Origin: Escherichia phage DCP548
Length of the DNA stretch: 64,000 nt
Sequence record: PQ671645.1
Strand: one strand, 5' to 3'
Position 1 is the first letter of the stretch, and the number at the start of each line of letters is the position of its first letter. The notes under the pieces are model-generated. The model ran no database searches. It was not told the origin of the DNA and saw only the letters and a list, made by a program, of their open reading frames with translations. Positions 19,165 through 29,455 of this stretch are shown here, piece after piece. A program made the position numbers and the translations under genes.

Positions 19165-19574
19165 TACTTTTTCTTATGTTGGATATTCCAAGGCGGGTTG
19201 AACTTTTTGATAAAAAGCGGTTCTTCAAGGTCCATTGTTGCGATGGTCATTGAACCAAGTTCGTTGGTGACTGAAAGGTCAAAACATTGGCGGGCCCAGA
19301 ATTCAACCTTTTTGCCTTGCATTAAGGCATCCAAAATCATAAGTGATTTTCTTGAATCTGAAGTCTGGTCTTTTCGATTTATGGCTGTTCGATAATAGTT
19401 AATGCGTTTCTTTAAATTCTTGGTTTTACCAATATACACAAGTTCGTCATCTATAGCAATAGCGTATATGACATTTTTCTTATTAGGGACATCAACTGTT
19501 TTAATTGTTGCATCTTCTAATAGCTCCAATTCTGTATATTTAATAAAGGAATATTCGGCGGCAATATCTTTCAT
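19164..19574 (-). CDS. denA: Endonuclease II (GIY-YIG-like)
   Basis: 136 aa, same length as T4 DenA; VYIGKT...L..R...Y GIY-YIG-like core; T4 map position between rnlA and nrdB. Confidence 0.8.
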   Translation of the reverse strand: MKDIAAEYSFIKYTELELLEDATIKTVDVPNKKNVIYAIAIDDELVYIGKTKNLKKRINYYRTAINRKDQTSDSRKSLMILDALMQGKKVEFWARQCFDLSVTNELGSMTIATMDLEEPLFIKKFNPPWNIQHKKK

Positions 19575-19577
19575 AAT

Positions 19578-19596
19578 AAAGTGGGACCGAAGTCCC
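19578..19596 (-). terminator. Hairpin between nrdB and denA
   Basis: gggac-cgaa-gtccc (19583-19596) with a U-rich tail on the minus transcript; may be attenuating rather than fully terminating. Confidence 0.4.
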
Positions 19597-19600
19597 GTCC

Positions 19601-20740
19601 TTAGAAATATTTTTTGTATGAATTGATTACATTTTGGTCTACATCATTATCAATTTGTGCGACAAGATAAGAACTGATTTCAACTTCCTGAGGAGCTGCT
19701 TGAACTAAATCAGAGTTCAGATATTCACGAATCCAAGGATACGGATGCTTGGTCGGAGCATCAGTGATTGGGCATGGCAAACCACACTGTTTCATACGAG
19801 ACACAGTCAAGTAATCAACAAAAGCACACATACTCTGCGTATTGATACCTGGGCATGTACCGTCTTTAAAGAGGTGTGCAGCCCATTCCTTCTCTTGTCT
19901 ATTTACTTCCATAAAAATGTCAACTGCTTCTTGTTCACATTCTTTAGCAATTTGAACCCACTCATCACCATCAGTACCAGATTGAAGTTGACGGATAATG
20001 TACTGAGTACCCTTGAGGTGGAGTTGTTCGTCACGAGCAATGAACTTCATAATCTTTGCATTACCTTCCATAATTTCCATATTTTTATGGAAGTTGAAAG
20101 TACATGCAAATGATACGTAAAAACGAATAGCTTCCAGAGCGTTGATTACATGCAGACAGAGGTAAAGAGAACGCATTAGTTCGTATTTAGCCTGTTTTAC
20201 GCCTTCGCTAAACTCGTGATATTCTTCTAAAGCATTCTGGTAAAGGCGAGTCTTGACTAGAACATCATCGTAATATTTACCTATTGATTCAGCTCGTTTC
20301 ATGATTGCTTCGTCTAATACAATTTCATCAAATACCTTAGATGGGTCTGTATAAAGATTTCGCATAATATGAGTATACGAACGAGAGTGAATAGTTTCAC
20401 TGAATGTCCATGTTGCAACCCATGTATCTAATGAAGGGTCGGAAATCAGTGCCATAAGTACCGCAGATGGGGCCCTGCCTTGGATAGAATCTAATAATGA
20501 TTGATACTTAAGATTGTTTGTAAAGATGTCCTGTTGGAACTGAGGAAGCTTATTGAACTGCGCAGAGTCCAACATCAAGTTTACCTCTTCGGGACGCCAG
20601 AAAAATGACAAGGATTTTTCTATAAGTTCTTCAAAAACTTTATGACGCTGAATATCATACCGTGCGAGGCCAAGACCAGAACCAAAGAACATTGGTTCAT
20701 TCAAAACATCGACTTGTTGTGTGTTAAAAACTGTACTCAT
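19601..20740 (-). CDS. nrdB: Ribonucleotide reductase small (beta) subunit
   Basis: 379-aa uninterrupted ORF with di-iron/tyrosyl-radical R2 features; T4 position; no intron interruption. Confidence 0.9.
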   Translation of the reverse strand: MSTVFNTQQVDVLNEPMFFGSGLGLARYDIQRHKVFEELIEKSLSFFWRPEEVNLMLDSAQFNKLPQFQQDIFTNNLKYQSLLDSIQGRAPSAVLMALISDPSLDTWVATWTFSETIHSRSYTHIMRNLYTDPSKVFDEIVLDEAIMKRAESIGKYYDDVLVKTRLYQNALEEYHEFSEGVKQAKYELMRSLYLCLHVINALEAIRFYVSFACTFNFHKNMEIMEGNAKIMKFIARDEQLHLKGTQYIIRQLQSGTDGDEWVQIAKECEQEAVDIFMEVNRQEKEWAAHLFKDGTCPGINTQSMCAFVDYLTVSRMKQCGLPCPITDAPTKHPYPWIREYLNSDLVQAAPQEVEISSYLVAQIDNDVDQNVINSYKKYF

Positions 20741-20793
20741 TATATTTTCTCACTTAGTTTAACTCATCCATGAGTAAATTATAATCAAAAGTC

Positions 20794-23049
20794 TTAAAGC
20801 TTACAAGCAGAACAATCTTCAGCTTTAGGTGTTTCTAATTCATAGTCATCTGTACCTGACCCATCACGAGTGTTATGATAGTAGAGGTTTTTTCCGCCAA
20901 AGTACCAGAAGTAAAGTAGATCGTCAAGCATTACTGACATTGGTACTTTACCTTTCTCAAATACTGCAGGGTCATAGTAAGTATTAGCAGAAGCAGATTG
21001 GCACACCCATTTCAACATGATAGCAACTTGGGTCAAATAAGGTTTATTACCTTTCTTAGCAAGTTTCCACGCATAGTCGTAAAGACTCATATTATGTTCG
21101 ATATTAGGAACAACCTGTCGGAAGTTGCCTTCTTTAGATTCTTTAATACTTACTGGACCGCGTGGGGGCTCAATCCCGTTTGTAGAGTTAGATACTTGAC
21201 TGCTTGACTCACACGGCATGAGCGCGGACAACGTTGAGTTACGAATTCCATGTTCTTTGAGTTCAGCTCGAAGTTCTTCCCAGTCACAGACGTAGTTCGG
21301 GGCTGCGATTTGGTCAATCTTTTTATTGTACCAGTCGATAGGTAATTCGCCTCTAGACCATTTAGTGTCTGAATAATACTCGCAACATCCTTTTTCTTTG
21401 GCGAGTTTGATTGATGCTTTGATAAGGCCATATTGCAATCTCTCAAACAATTCATGAGTCAAATCGTTAGCGTCTTCATATGAAGCAAAGTTAGAAGCTA
21501 ACCATGCAGCGTAGTTCGTAACACCAACACCAAGATTACGACGCTTTTTAGCTTTTAAAGCTTCTGGAACCGGATAATCTTGATAGTCTAACAGGTTATC
21601 AAGTGCACGTACTTGTACTTCGGCAAGTTCATTAATTTTATCTTGGTCTTGCCAATCAAATTTATCTAATACAAAAGCAGATAATGTGCATAAACCAATT
21701 TCAGCATCAGGACCATTCACATCATTAGTTGGAATAGCGATTTCACAACATAAGTTACTCTGACGAATTGGAGCTTTTTCACGAATAAACGGAGTGTAGT
21801 TATTCGTGTTATCAACAAACTGTGGATAAATTCGAGCAGTGCCAGAACGTTCAGTCATGAACAATTCAAAGAGTTCTAGTGCTTTGATTCTTTTCTTTCT
21901 GATTGTTGGGTCTTTTTCAGCTTTCTCATAAAGCTCACGGAATTTATCTTGATCTTCAAAGAACGAGTAGTATAGTTCGCCTGACATTTCGTGAGGGCTA
22001 AATAAAGTAATATAATCATTTTTACCAAGGCGTTCCATCATAAGGTCATTAATCTGAATTCCGTAGTCCATATGTCGAATACGGTTTTCATCCACACCTT
22101 TATTATTTTTCAGAACTAATAGGTTCTCTACTTCTAAGTGCCACATCGGATAATACGCTGTAGCAGCACCACCACGAATACCACCTTGAGAACAAGATTT
22201 TACTGCAGTTTGGAAATGTTTCCAGAATGGAATAACACCCGTATGTCGAACTTCACCCATACCGATCTTAGAACCTTCTGCACGAAGCATACCAACGTTG
22301 ATACCTATACCAGCTCGTTTAGAAATATATTCAATAATTGATGCTGAAGTTTTGTTAATAGATTTTAACGAATCACCGGCTTCAATAACTACACAACTAG
22401 AGAACTGGCGAGTTGGAGTACGAGCACCTGCCATAATTGGAGTAGGCAATGAAACTTGATGAGTAGAAACGGCATCATAAAAACTAATAATATGTTTCAA
22501 ACGGTCATGAGTTTCGTCTTGATGTAAGGCCATACCAATAGCCATGATAGCAAACTGGGGAGTTTCATAAATCTTACCAGTTGTTTTATCTTTAACCAGG
22601 TATTTTTCTTTAAGCTGCATAGCACCAGCATAAGTCAGGTCGAAATCTCGCTCGTGTTTAATCTGAGAATCAAGATAAATGATTTCTTCTGCAGAATATC
22701 TAGACAACAACTCGGGATCGTATTTGCCTTCATTAACACAGTAAGAAATATGGTCGATAAAAGCAGGAGGTTCAAACTGTCCATATACATCTTTACGAAG
22801 TGCAAACATTAATCCTTTAGCGGCAACATATTGATAATCGGGTTCTTCGACAGAAATCGAGTTAGCTGCAACTTTAATACAAATCTTCTGAATATCTTTG
22901 GTGCTCATCCCATCGACAAGATGGGTCTTAATTTCTTCGTACAATTCATATGGGTCAATTTGTGTTCCTTCACATTGCCAAGTTAAGACTTGAATAATTT
23001 TCTGTACATCAAAATTTTGGGATACACCACTGCTCTTAGTTACTTGCAT
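20794..23049 (-). CDS. nrdA: Ribonucleotide reductase large (alpha) subunit
   Basis: 751 aa (T4 NrdA 754 aa); class Ia R1 features including the C-terminal redox cysteines (CSACKL). Confidence 0.9.
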   Translation of the reverse strand: MQVTKSSGVSQNFDVQKIIQVLTWQCEGTQIDPYELYEEIKTHLVDGMSTKDIQKICIKVAANSISVEEPDYQYVAAKGLMFALRKDVYGQFEPPAFIDHISYCVNEGKYDPELLSRYSAEEIIYLDSQIKHERDFDLTYAGAMQLKEKYLVKDKTTGKIYETPQFAIMAIGMALHQDETHDRLKHIISFYDAVSTHQVSLPTPIMAGARTPTRQFSSCVVIEAGDSLKSINKTSASIIEYISKRAGIGINVGMLRAEGSKIGMGEVRHTGVIPFWKHFQTAVKSCSQGGIRGGAATAYYPMWHLEVENLLVLKNNKGVDENRIRHMDYGIQINDLMMERLGKNDYITLFSPHEMSGELYYSFFEDQDKFRELYEKAEKDPTIRKKRIKALELFELFMTERSGTARIYPQFVDNTNNYTPFIREKAPIRQSNLCCEIAIPTNDVNGPDAEIGLCTLSAFVLDKFDWQDQDKINELAEVQVRALDNLLDYQDYPVPEALKAKKRRNLGVGVTNYAAWLASNFASYEDANDLTHELFERLQYGLIKASIKLAKEKGCCEYYSDTKWSRGELPIDWYNKKIDQIAAPNYVCDWEELRAELKEHGIRNSTLSALMPCESSSQVSNSTNGIEPPRGPVSIKESKEGNFRQVVPNIEHNMSLYDYAWKLAKKGNKPYLTQVAIMLKWVCQSASANTYYDPAVFEKGKVPMSVMLDDLLYFWYFGGKNLYYHNTRDGSGTDDYELETPKAEDCSACKL

Positions 23050-23136
23050 ATATTCCTCAGTATAGGTTGATAGACATTACTCCAAACGGGATAGTATTTA
23101 TCCCGTTAATTTATTATACACTTTTAAACTGAAGCG

Positions 23137-23391
23137 TTAATTATTCTTAGCAATAATTTCTTTGTATTCTTTAGGAGTCAAAACTGTGATATCGAAATAA
23201 ACCAATGGTTCTTTTTCCATACCGTAACCACCACAAAATTCACGATATTCATAAATTCGTTCATGTGAATAGCAAATGAATCGTTCACCTTTAACTGTGA
23301 TTTCACTATTTGGCGAAGGGATATCTAGTTCTGTAGGATTTTTCATTTCAAAAATTGTGGTGCCATATGAATTAATAAAACGTAAAATCAT
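23137..23391 (-). CDS. Hypothetical protein (nrdA.1 position)
   Basis: 84-aa ORF between td and nrdA. Confidence 0.45.
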   Translation of the reverse strand: MILRFINSYGTTIFEMKNPTELDIPSPNSEITVKGERFICYSHERIYEYREFCGGYGMEKEPLVYFDITVLTPKEYKEIIAKNN

Positions 23392-23392
23392 T

Positions 23393-25078
<1,686 letters not shown>

Positions 25079-25080
25079 AA

Positions 25081-25329
25081 TTATTTCCTCAGATTTTTCT
25101 TAACAACTTTCCAATCAGCTTTAAACTGATCGACGTCAGAATGATAAATCCAGAATCCTGCACTTTCACCATCTTCGTAGAGTGGACATCCATCACATTC
25201 TTCGTTCCAACCCATTTCTCGTAAAGCTTCTTCAGCTTGTTCAAGGAGTTCAGCGTCTTTACCGACGATGTTGAAGTACCATTTACCTCTAACTTCCGAA
25301 TCTTTGATGCTCTGGCGTTGCAATCTCAT
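25081..25329 (-). CDS. Hypothetical small protein (frd.x position)
   Basis: 82-aa ORF with early promoter at 25365-25394 upstream. Confidence 0.45.
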   Translation of the reverse strand: MRLQRQSIKDSEVRGKWYFNIVGKDAELLEQAEEALREMGWNEECDGCPLYEDGESAGFWIYHSDVDQFKADWKVVKKNLRK

Positions 25330-25364
25330 TTTATTCTCCGCTTCACTTTTGATTTGATAGGGCT

Positions 25365-25394
25365 ACTATAACATAACCCTATCTGATTGTACAC
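25365..25394 (-). promoter_or_regulatory. T4-type early promoter in a stem-loop cassette upstream of ORF 25081..25329
   Basis: -35 GTGTAC variant (plus 25389-25394), 18-bp spacer, -10 TATAGT; inverted repeat gataggg/ccctatc (25356-25383) brackets the -10. Confidence 0.45.
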
Positions 25395-25798
25395 TACTTT
25401 TTAAAAGTTTTTTGCAAAAGTTTGATGATTTCGTCGACGTTGGTTTCATCTACGATACAATGGATTTTTGTTACACCTAAAGTTATACCTTCGTTAGTAG
25501 GTTGAGGCTTTTCTAAAGTTACCTCAGTAAAGTACTCAATAAAGTATTTGAACTCGTCAGGATAAATCTCAAAATAAGTTTCAATTTCACCACCGGCAGA
25601 ACATACAGTACCATCTTCCATAGTTACACTTACTACGTTTGACGTATCGCTATCATAATCAGGTTCCATTCCGTTTACAACAAAACTAGGCCCGTGGAGT
25701 TCAATCAATTTTAACATCTTAGCGTTATTGTGTGGTGCTTCTTGAACAAAGTCGTCTTTAAATAAAGGGTTAATGATATAAGATTTTCCGATTTCCAT
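25394..25798 (-). CDS. Hypothetical protein
   Basis: Track ORF 25394..25897 trimmed to Met MEIGKSY (start codon 25796-25798) preceded by a GAGGAAA SD. Confidence 0.45.
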   Translation of the reverse strand: MEIGKSYIINPLFKDDFVQEAPHNNAKMLKLIELHGPSFVVNGMEPDYDSDTSNVVSVTMEDGTVCSAGGEIETYFEIYPDEFKYFIEYFTEVTLEKPQPTNEGITLGVTKIHCIVDETNVDEIIKLLQKTFKK

Positions 25799-25808
25799 TT
25801 TGATTTCC

Positions 25809-26060
25809 TCATTTGTTGATGTGTTGTAATAAAGATTCTGCAAACGTCTCATATGATTCCAGGTGTTCTTCTTTAATGCGAACTGCATGATTATCACCCG
25901 AAGAATAGAACATCTGTACGATAAGAGCTTCGTAATCAGACGAAATACATGCTACGTTTTCCGACTTCAGGCATTCATTGTATGTCGCAACTGGGTCAGT
26001 GAAAGCTGCAACGTTTTTGCTACCGCAGTAATCCATACTTCTTTGAATAATAAAAATCAT
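25809..26060 (-). CDS. Hypothetical small protein
   Basis: 83-aa ORF immediately downstream of the gene 32 terminator and the promoter at 26091-26119. Confidence 0.4.
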   Translation of the reverse strand: MIFIIQRSMDYCGSKNVAAFTDPVATYNECLKSENVACISSDYEALIVQMFYSSGDNHAVRIKEEHLESYETFAESLLQHINK

Positions 26061-26090
26061 TTTATTTTCCTCTCATTTGTCGATAAGTCT

Positions 26091-26119
26091 ATAGTATCAT
26101 GTTTAAAGGAAAAGTAAAC
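26091..26119 (-). promoter_or_regulatory. T4-type early promoter upstream of ORF 25809..26060
   Basis: -35 GTTTAC (plus 26114-26119), 17-bp spacer, -10 TACTAT; just downstream of the gene 32 terminator. Confidence 0.45.
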
Positions 26120-26146
26120 AACTTTTTCGGCAATTTACAGATACTC

Positions 26147-26168
26147 AAAAGGGAGACCGAAGTCTCCC
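26147..26168 (-). terminator. Intrinsic terminator after gene 32
   Basis: gggagac-cgaa-gtctccc (26151-26168) followed by UUUUGAG on the minus transcript, 7 nt after the gene 32 stop. Confidence 0.6.
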
Positions 26169-26174
26169 AATTTA

Positions 26175-27074
26175 TTATAGACCAGCTAACAGGTCATCGA
26201 GGTCGCCATCGTCAGAAGACGAGGAACTCATGAAGTCATCTTCAGTTTTTGCAGAACCAAAGGCTTCCATGTCTTTATCAAAATCATCAAGGTCAGAAGC
26301 AACTTTATCTGCAACAGAAGCTGCTGCGGCTGCTGCACCACCAAGAGCGGCAGTACCAAGAACTTGATTAAATTTAGTATTCAATTCTTCAAACGATTTG
26401 AACTTATCTTTAGAAGTCATTTCAGAAAGGTCGACCATTTGTTCGAACAATTCTTTCTGGAAAGATTCATCATCAATGTTTGGAATCGCAGATTGATTCA
26501 GGAATTTAGATTCATCGTAGTTACTGAAACCAGAAACCTGTTTAACTTTCAGCACAAAGTTAGCACCTTCCCATGGGCAAGTTACATCAACAGGAGTTTC
26601 ACCCATTTCAGTATCGACTGCAATCATTGCATTGATTTTGTCCCAAATCTTTTTACCGAAACGATATTTGAATACTTTACCTTCATTATCTGGAGCTTGT
26701 GGGTCTTTAACAACCAGAATATTAGCCCAATAAGAAGTTTTACGTTTCAGTTGAGAATATTCAGTTTTGTTGGTATTGTACAGGTCATTTTTACTAATGT
26801 ACTGACATACAGGACAAGAGTCATAATCGCCGTGTGTAGATGAACAGGTTTCAATATACCATTTACCATTTTTCTTGAACCCGTGGTTAACAAGAATTGT
26901 AAACGGAAGTGCGTCATCTGTTTTTGCCGGCAGGAAACGAATTACCGCTTGACCATTACCGGATGCATCGAGTTTCAGCTTCCATTCACCTTTATCTTCT
27001 GAAGAGAAACCTTTGTTACCATTCAGTTTAGCCATCTGAGCTGCGAGGTCTGCGGTACTTTTACGTTTAAACAT
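26175..27074 (-). CDS. 32: Single-stranded DNA-binding protein gp32
   Basis: 299 aa (T4 gp32 301 aa); near-identical N-terminus [23 protein letters not shown], zinc-binding Cys/His cluster, acidic C-terminal tail. Confidence 0.95.
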   Translation of the reverse strand: MFKRKSTADLAAQMAKLNGNKGFSSEDKGEWKLKLDASGNGQAVIRFLPAKTDDALPFTILVNHGFKKNGKWYIETCSSTHGDYDSCPVCQYISKNDLYNTNKTEYSQLKRKTSYWANILVVKDPQAPDNEGKVFKYRFGKKIWDKINAMIAVDTEMGETPVDVTCPWEGANFVLKVKQVSGFSNYDESKFLNQSAIPNIDDESFQKELFEQMVDLSEMTSKDKFKSFEELNTKFNQVLGTAALGGAAAAAASVADKVASDLDDFDKDMEAFGSAKTEDDFMSSSSSDDGDLDDLLAGL

Positions 27075-27191
27075 TTTATTTGCCTTTATTTAGATTATTA
27101 ATTAAATTTTACAGTTGGTTGCTACGACACTTATACCTCGTAGCTGGTATGTTTTATTTATACGGTAATTCTAACACAGATAAAATAAAGC

Positions 27192-27845
27192 TTAATACTT
27201 ACATGATTTTATTGTTTCTATGAACAATTTCTTAGCAGCATTTACATCGATTTGAAGTATTTTTCGATATGCCTTTAATTTGGTAGAATAATTTTGCCAG
27301 ACTAAATTGTCAGTGAGTTCGTCGTGCTTATCTATAATATTCAAAAATGAATCCAACAACAAGAAGGTTTCAAATGAAATTATATTGCTTTGTAGCAATT
27401 TAAATATGTAGCTCGACTGAACGTTGTTATTATAATCAAATATCTCTTGAAGCGCACTAACTTCAACTTTCTTACTGAAATAGTAGATGTTACGTACGTC
27501 TTCAGCAAACGTCTCTTTAGCTTGTTTGAGACGTCCAATATATTCCCTATAGAAAACTAATGCATCAGCGTCTGATATCTCACCAATCCATGCGTCTTGG
27601 TTAGCAACTAAGTTGCTTATGAATATCAAGGTGAGTTCCTTCAATTTATATTTCTCTGCTAGTTTTTCAAAGAAATATTTATCTCGGCGTTTTTGATACG
27701 CATTATCCGAAACACGCATGCACCAGTTATATTTGATTACGTCATACCGACCATTAAAATGTTGTTTGCACATCAAGTATAGTTTGTATACCGATTTTCC
27801 GTTAATATAACGTTCTCCATCAGGAGGCATGCGTATTTTAATCAT
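27192..27845 (-). CDS. 59: gp59 helicase-loading protein
   Basis: 217 aa, same length as T4 gp59; near-identical N-terminus MIKIRMPPDGERYINGKSVYKLYLM. Confidence 0.95.
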   Translation of the reverse strand: MIKIRMPPDGERYINGKSVYKLYLMCKQHFNGRYDVIKYNWCMRVSDNAYQKRRDKYFFEKLAEKYKLKELTLIFISNLVANQDAWIGEISDADALVFYREYIGRLKQAKETFAEDVRNIYYFSKKVEVSALQEIFDYNNNVQSSYIFKLLQSNIISFETFLLLDSFLNIIDKHDELTDNLVWQNYSTKLKAYRKILQIDVNAAKKLFIETIKSCKY

Positions 27846-28180
27846 AATAAGAAATCTAACGTATTAGTTTTTTCACCACGAGCAACTGACGGGCGAAGCA
27901 TGTTTTCGTCAATTGCTTCGCTTGTAATTTTTTCAACAATTCCTGTAGGAATAAATTTAGCAAATTGTGTTTCTGGAATAGAATTTTCTTCCAAGAAAGC
28001 AGTTGTTGCTTCTAAATAAGACATACCAAATTGTTCAACCATAGATTCGATAATGAATCCGTTTTCTTGACGGTCAAGCAATTTAGCGATATCATCTTTA
28101 TCATGTTTTACTGCTAATTCTTGTTCAGATAAACCGGCCTCATCAACCGGTTTAATATCACTTAGTGAAAACTGTGTCAT
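27842..28180 (-). CDS. 33: gp33 late-transcription co-activator
   Basis: 112 aa, same length and position as T4 gp33 (between 59 and dsbA). Confidence 0.75.
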   Translation of the reverse strand: MTQFSLSDIKPVDEAGLSEQELAVKHDKDDIAKLLDRQENGFIIESMVEQFGMSYLEATTAFLEENSIPETQFAKFIPTGIVEKITSEAIDENMLRPSVARGEKTNTLDFLL

Positions 28181-28427
28181 AAAGCTCGACTACCTCTTCA
28201 TTTTCAGCTTCAAATTGGTCACGAGCGTCTTTATGATAAAGAGCTAACAAACGATTAAACATTTTTCCATCGACGCCAAGCTCTTCTTTAGCACGAGTAC
28301 GAATGTCTTTAATCAGTTCATTATAACCAGAAATTTTAAGTTTGTTATCGGAAGCTTCCTTGACTAGTTTAGCCAGTTCTTCACCATGCACATCTTGATT
28401 AAATTCAACTGCTTCTTTCTTAGCCAT
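28158..28427 (-). CDS. dsbA: DsbA double-stranded DNA-binding protein
   Basis: 89 aa, same length and position as T4 DsbA (between 33 and rnh). Confidence 0.7.
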   Translation of the reverse strand: MAKKEAVEFNQDVHGEELAKLVKEASDNKLKISGYNELIKDIRTRAKEELGVDGKMFNRLLALYHKDARDQFEAENEEVVELYDTVFTK

Positions 28428-28434
28428 GTTTACC

Positions 28435-29352
28435 TCAGAATTCGTTAATTACACTTGTTAATTTAGAAAGACCCGATTTTACAAAGTATGAATAAATCTT
28501 GCCTTTAGGTTGTTGTTTATACGAGTTATAATACTCTATAATGGTTGAAGCAATATTATCAGGGATATAATCAAAATCAATGAGAACCAAATTTTCTTGA
28601 TACCGTTTATATTCTTCTGCACTTAATAATACTTCAGCTTGAGAACGGTCGTTAGCAATTGCTTCAATAATTGATGTTTTCATGCTTGGAGTTCGTTCAC
28701 CTTCAACTCGAGTAAACCAGAAGTCACCACGAACTCGAACAGATGCAACACCATCCTTACGGTCACCTTTAAGAATTTTAGTCATGCAATCAATTTCAGC
28801 AGAACCGTTCTTAATTTTAACCCATTTTTTCTGTGGTGGCGACCACTGTTTAACGTTAGGATATTTGTGTAATTGTGTAAAGTCACCATCTGATGCAACA
28901 ATACATACCTTATGTCCAGCTAATGACAAATATTTAGTTAATACACCAATATGGTCATCCGCTTCATACTTGTCAATATCCATTACAACGTATGGCATGT
29001 ATTTCTTAATCTCATCAACAACTTGATGGAGTGCAGTAAAATATCCTTCCCAATCCCACTTTGAAGCTTCACGATCGGTTTTACGATTTTTCTTGTAATA
29101 GTAAGCAAAGTCACGACGCCAATAACCTGAAGTAGCATTATCCATACACAATACAAATTTTGTATAGCCTTGCTTACGGAACATCACTACGTTTTTACGA
29201 ATTGAATTCAAGATTACATGTCGAACCATTGGAACAGTAATTTTATCACCGTCTTCAAAGTTGTTTAATGCGGCTGCCAACGCAATGTTACTAAAGTCGG
29301 CAAGTGCAATACCTTCTTTGTAATCTTCATCCAACATCATTTCTAAATCCAT
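28435..29352 (-). CDS. rnh: RNase H (5'-3' exonuclease / flap endonuclease)
   Basis: 305 aa; near-identical to T4 RNase H (MDLEMMLDEDYKEGI..., DIDKYEADDHI, C-terminal SYFVK.GLSKLT). Confidence 0.95.
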   Translation of the reverse strand: MDLEMMLDEDYKEGIALADFSNIALAAALNNFEDGDKITVPMVRHVILNSIRKNVVMFRKQGYTKFVLCMDNATSGYWRRDFAYYYKKNRKTDREASKWDWEGYFTALHQVVDEIKKYMPYVVMDIDKYEADDHIGVLTKYLSLAGHKVCIVASDGDFTQLHKYPNVKQWSPPQKKWVKIKNGSAEIDCMTKILKGDRKDGVASVRVRGDFWFTRVEGERTPSMKTSIIEAIANDRSQAEVLLSAEEYKRYQENLVLIDFDYIPDNIASTIIEYYNSYKQQPKGKIYSYFVKSGLSKLTSVINEF

Positions 29353-29384
29353 ATGAACCTCTTGTTCAGTTAGTCAACTTGTCT

Positions 29385-29414
29385 ATAGTAACACACTCAT
29401 TTGAAAGCGTAAAC
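29385..29414 (-). promoter_or_regulatory. T4-type early promoter for rnh
   Basis: -35 GTTTAC (plus 29409-29414), 18-bp spacer, -10 TACTAT; its -35 is 3 bp from the plus-strand late promoter of gene 34. Confidence 0.45.
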
Positions 29415-29417
29415 TGG

Positions 29418-29425
29418 TATAAATA
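29418..29425 (+). promoter_or_regulatory. Late promoter TATAAATA for gene 34
   Basis: Exact TATAAATA 31 nt upstream of the gene 34 ATG (29456). Confidence 0.7.
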
Positions 29426-29455
29426 AGTATTATTGAAACAATAAAGGAAAAACGA

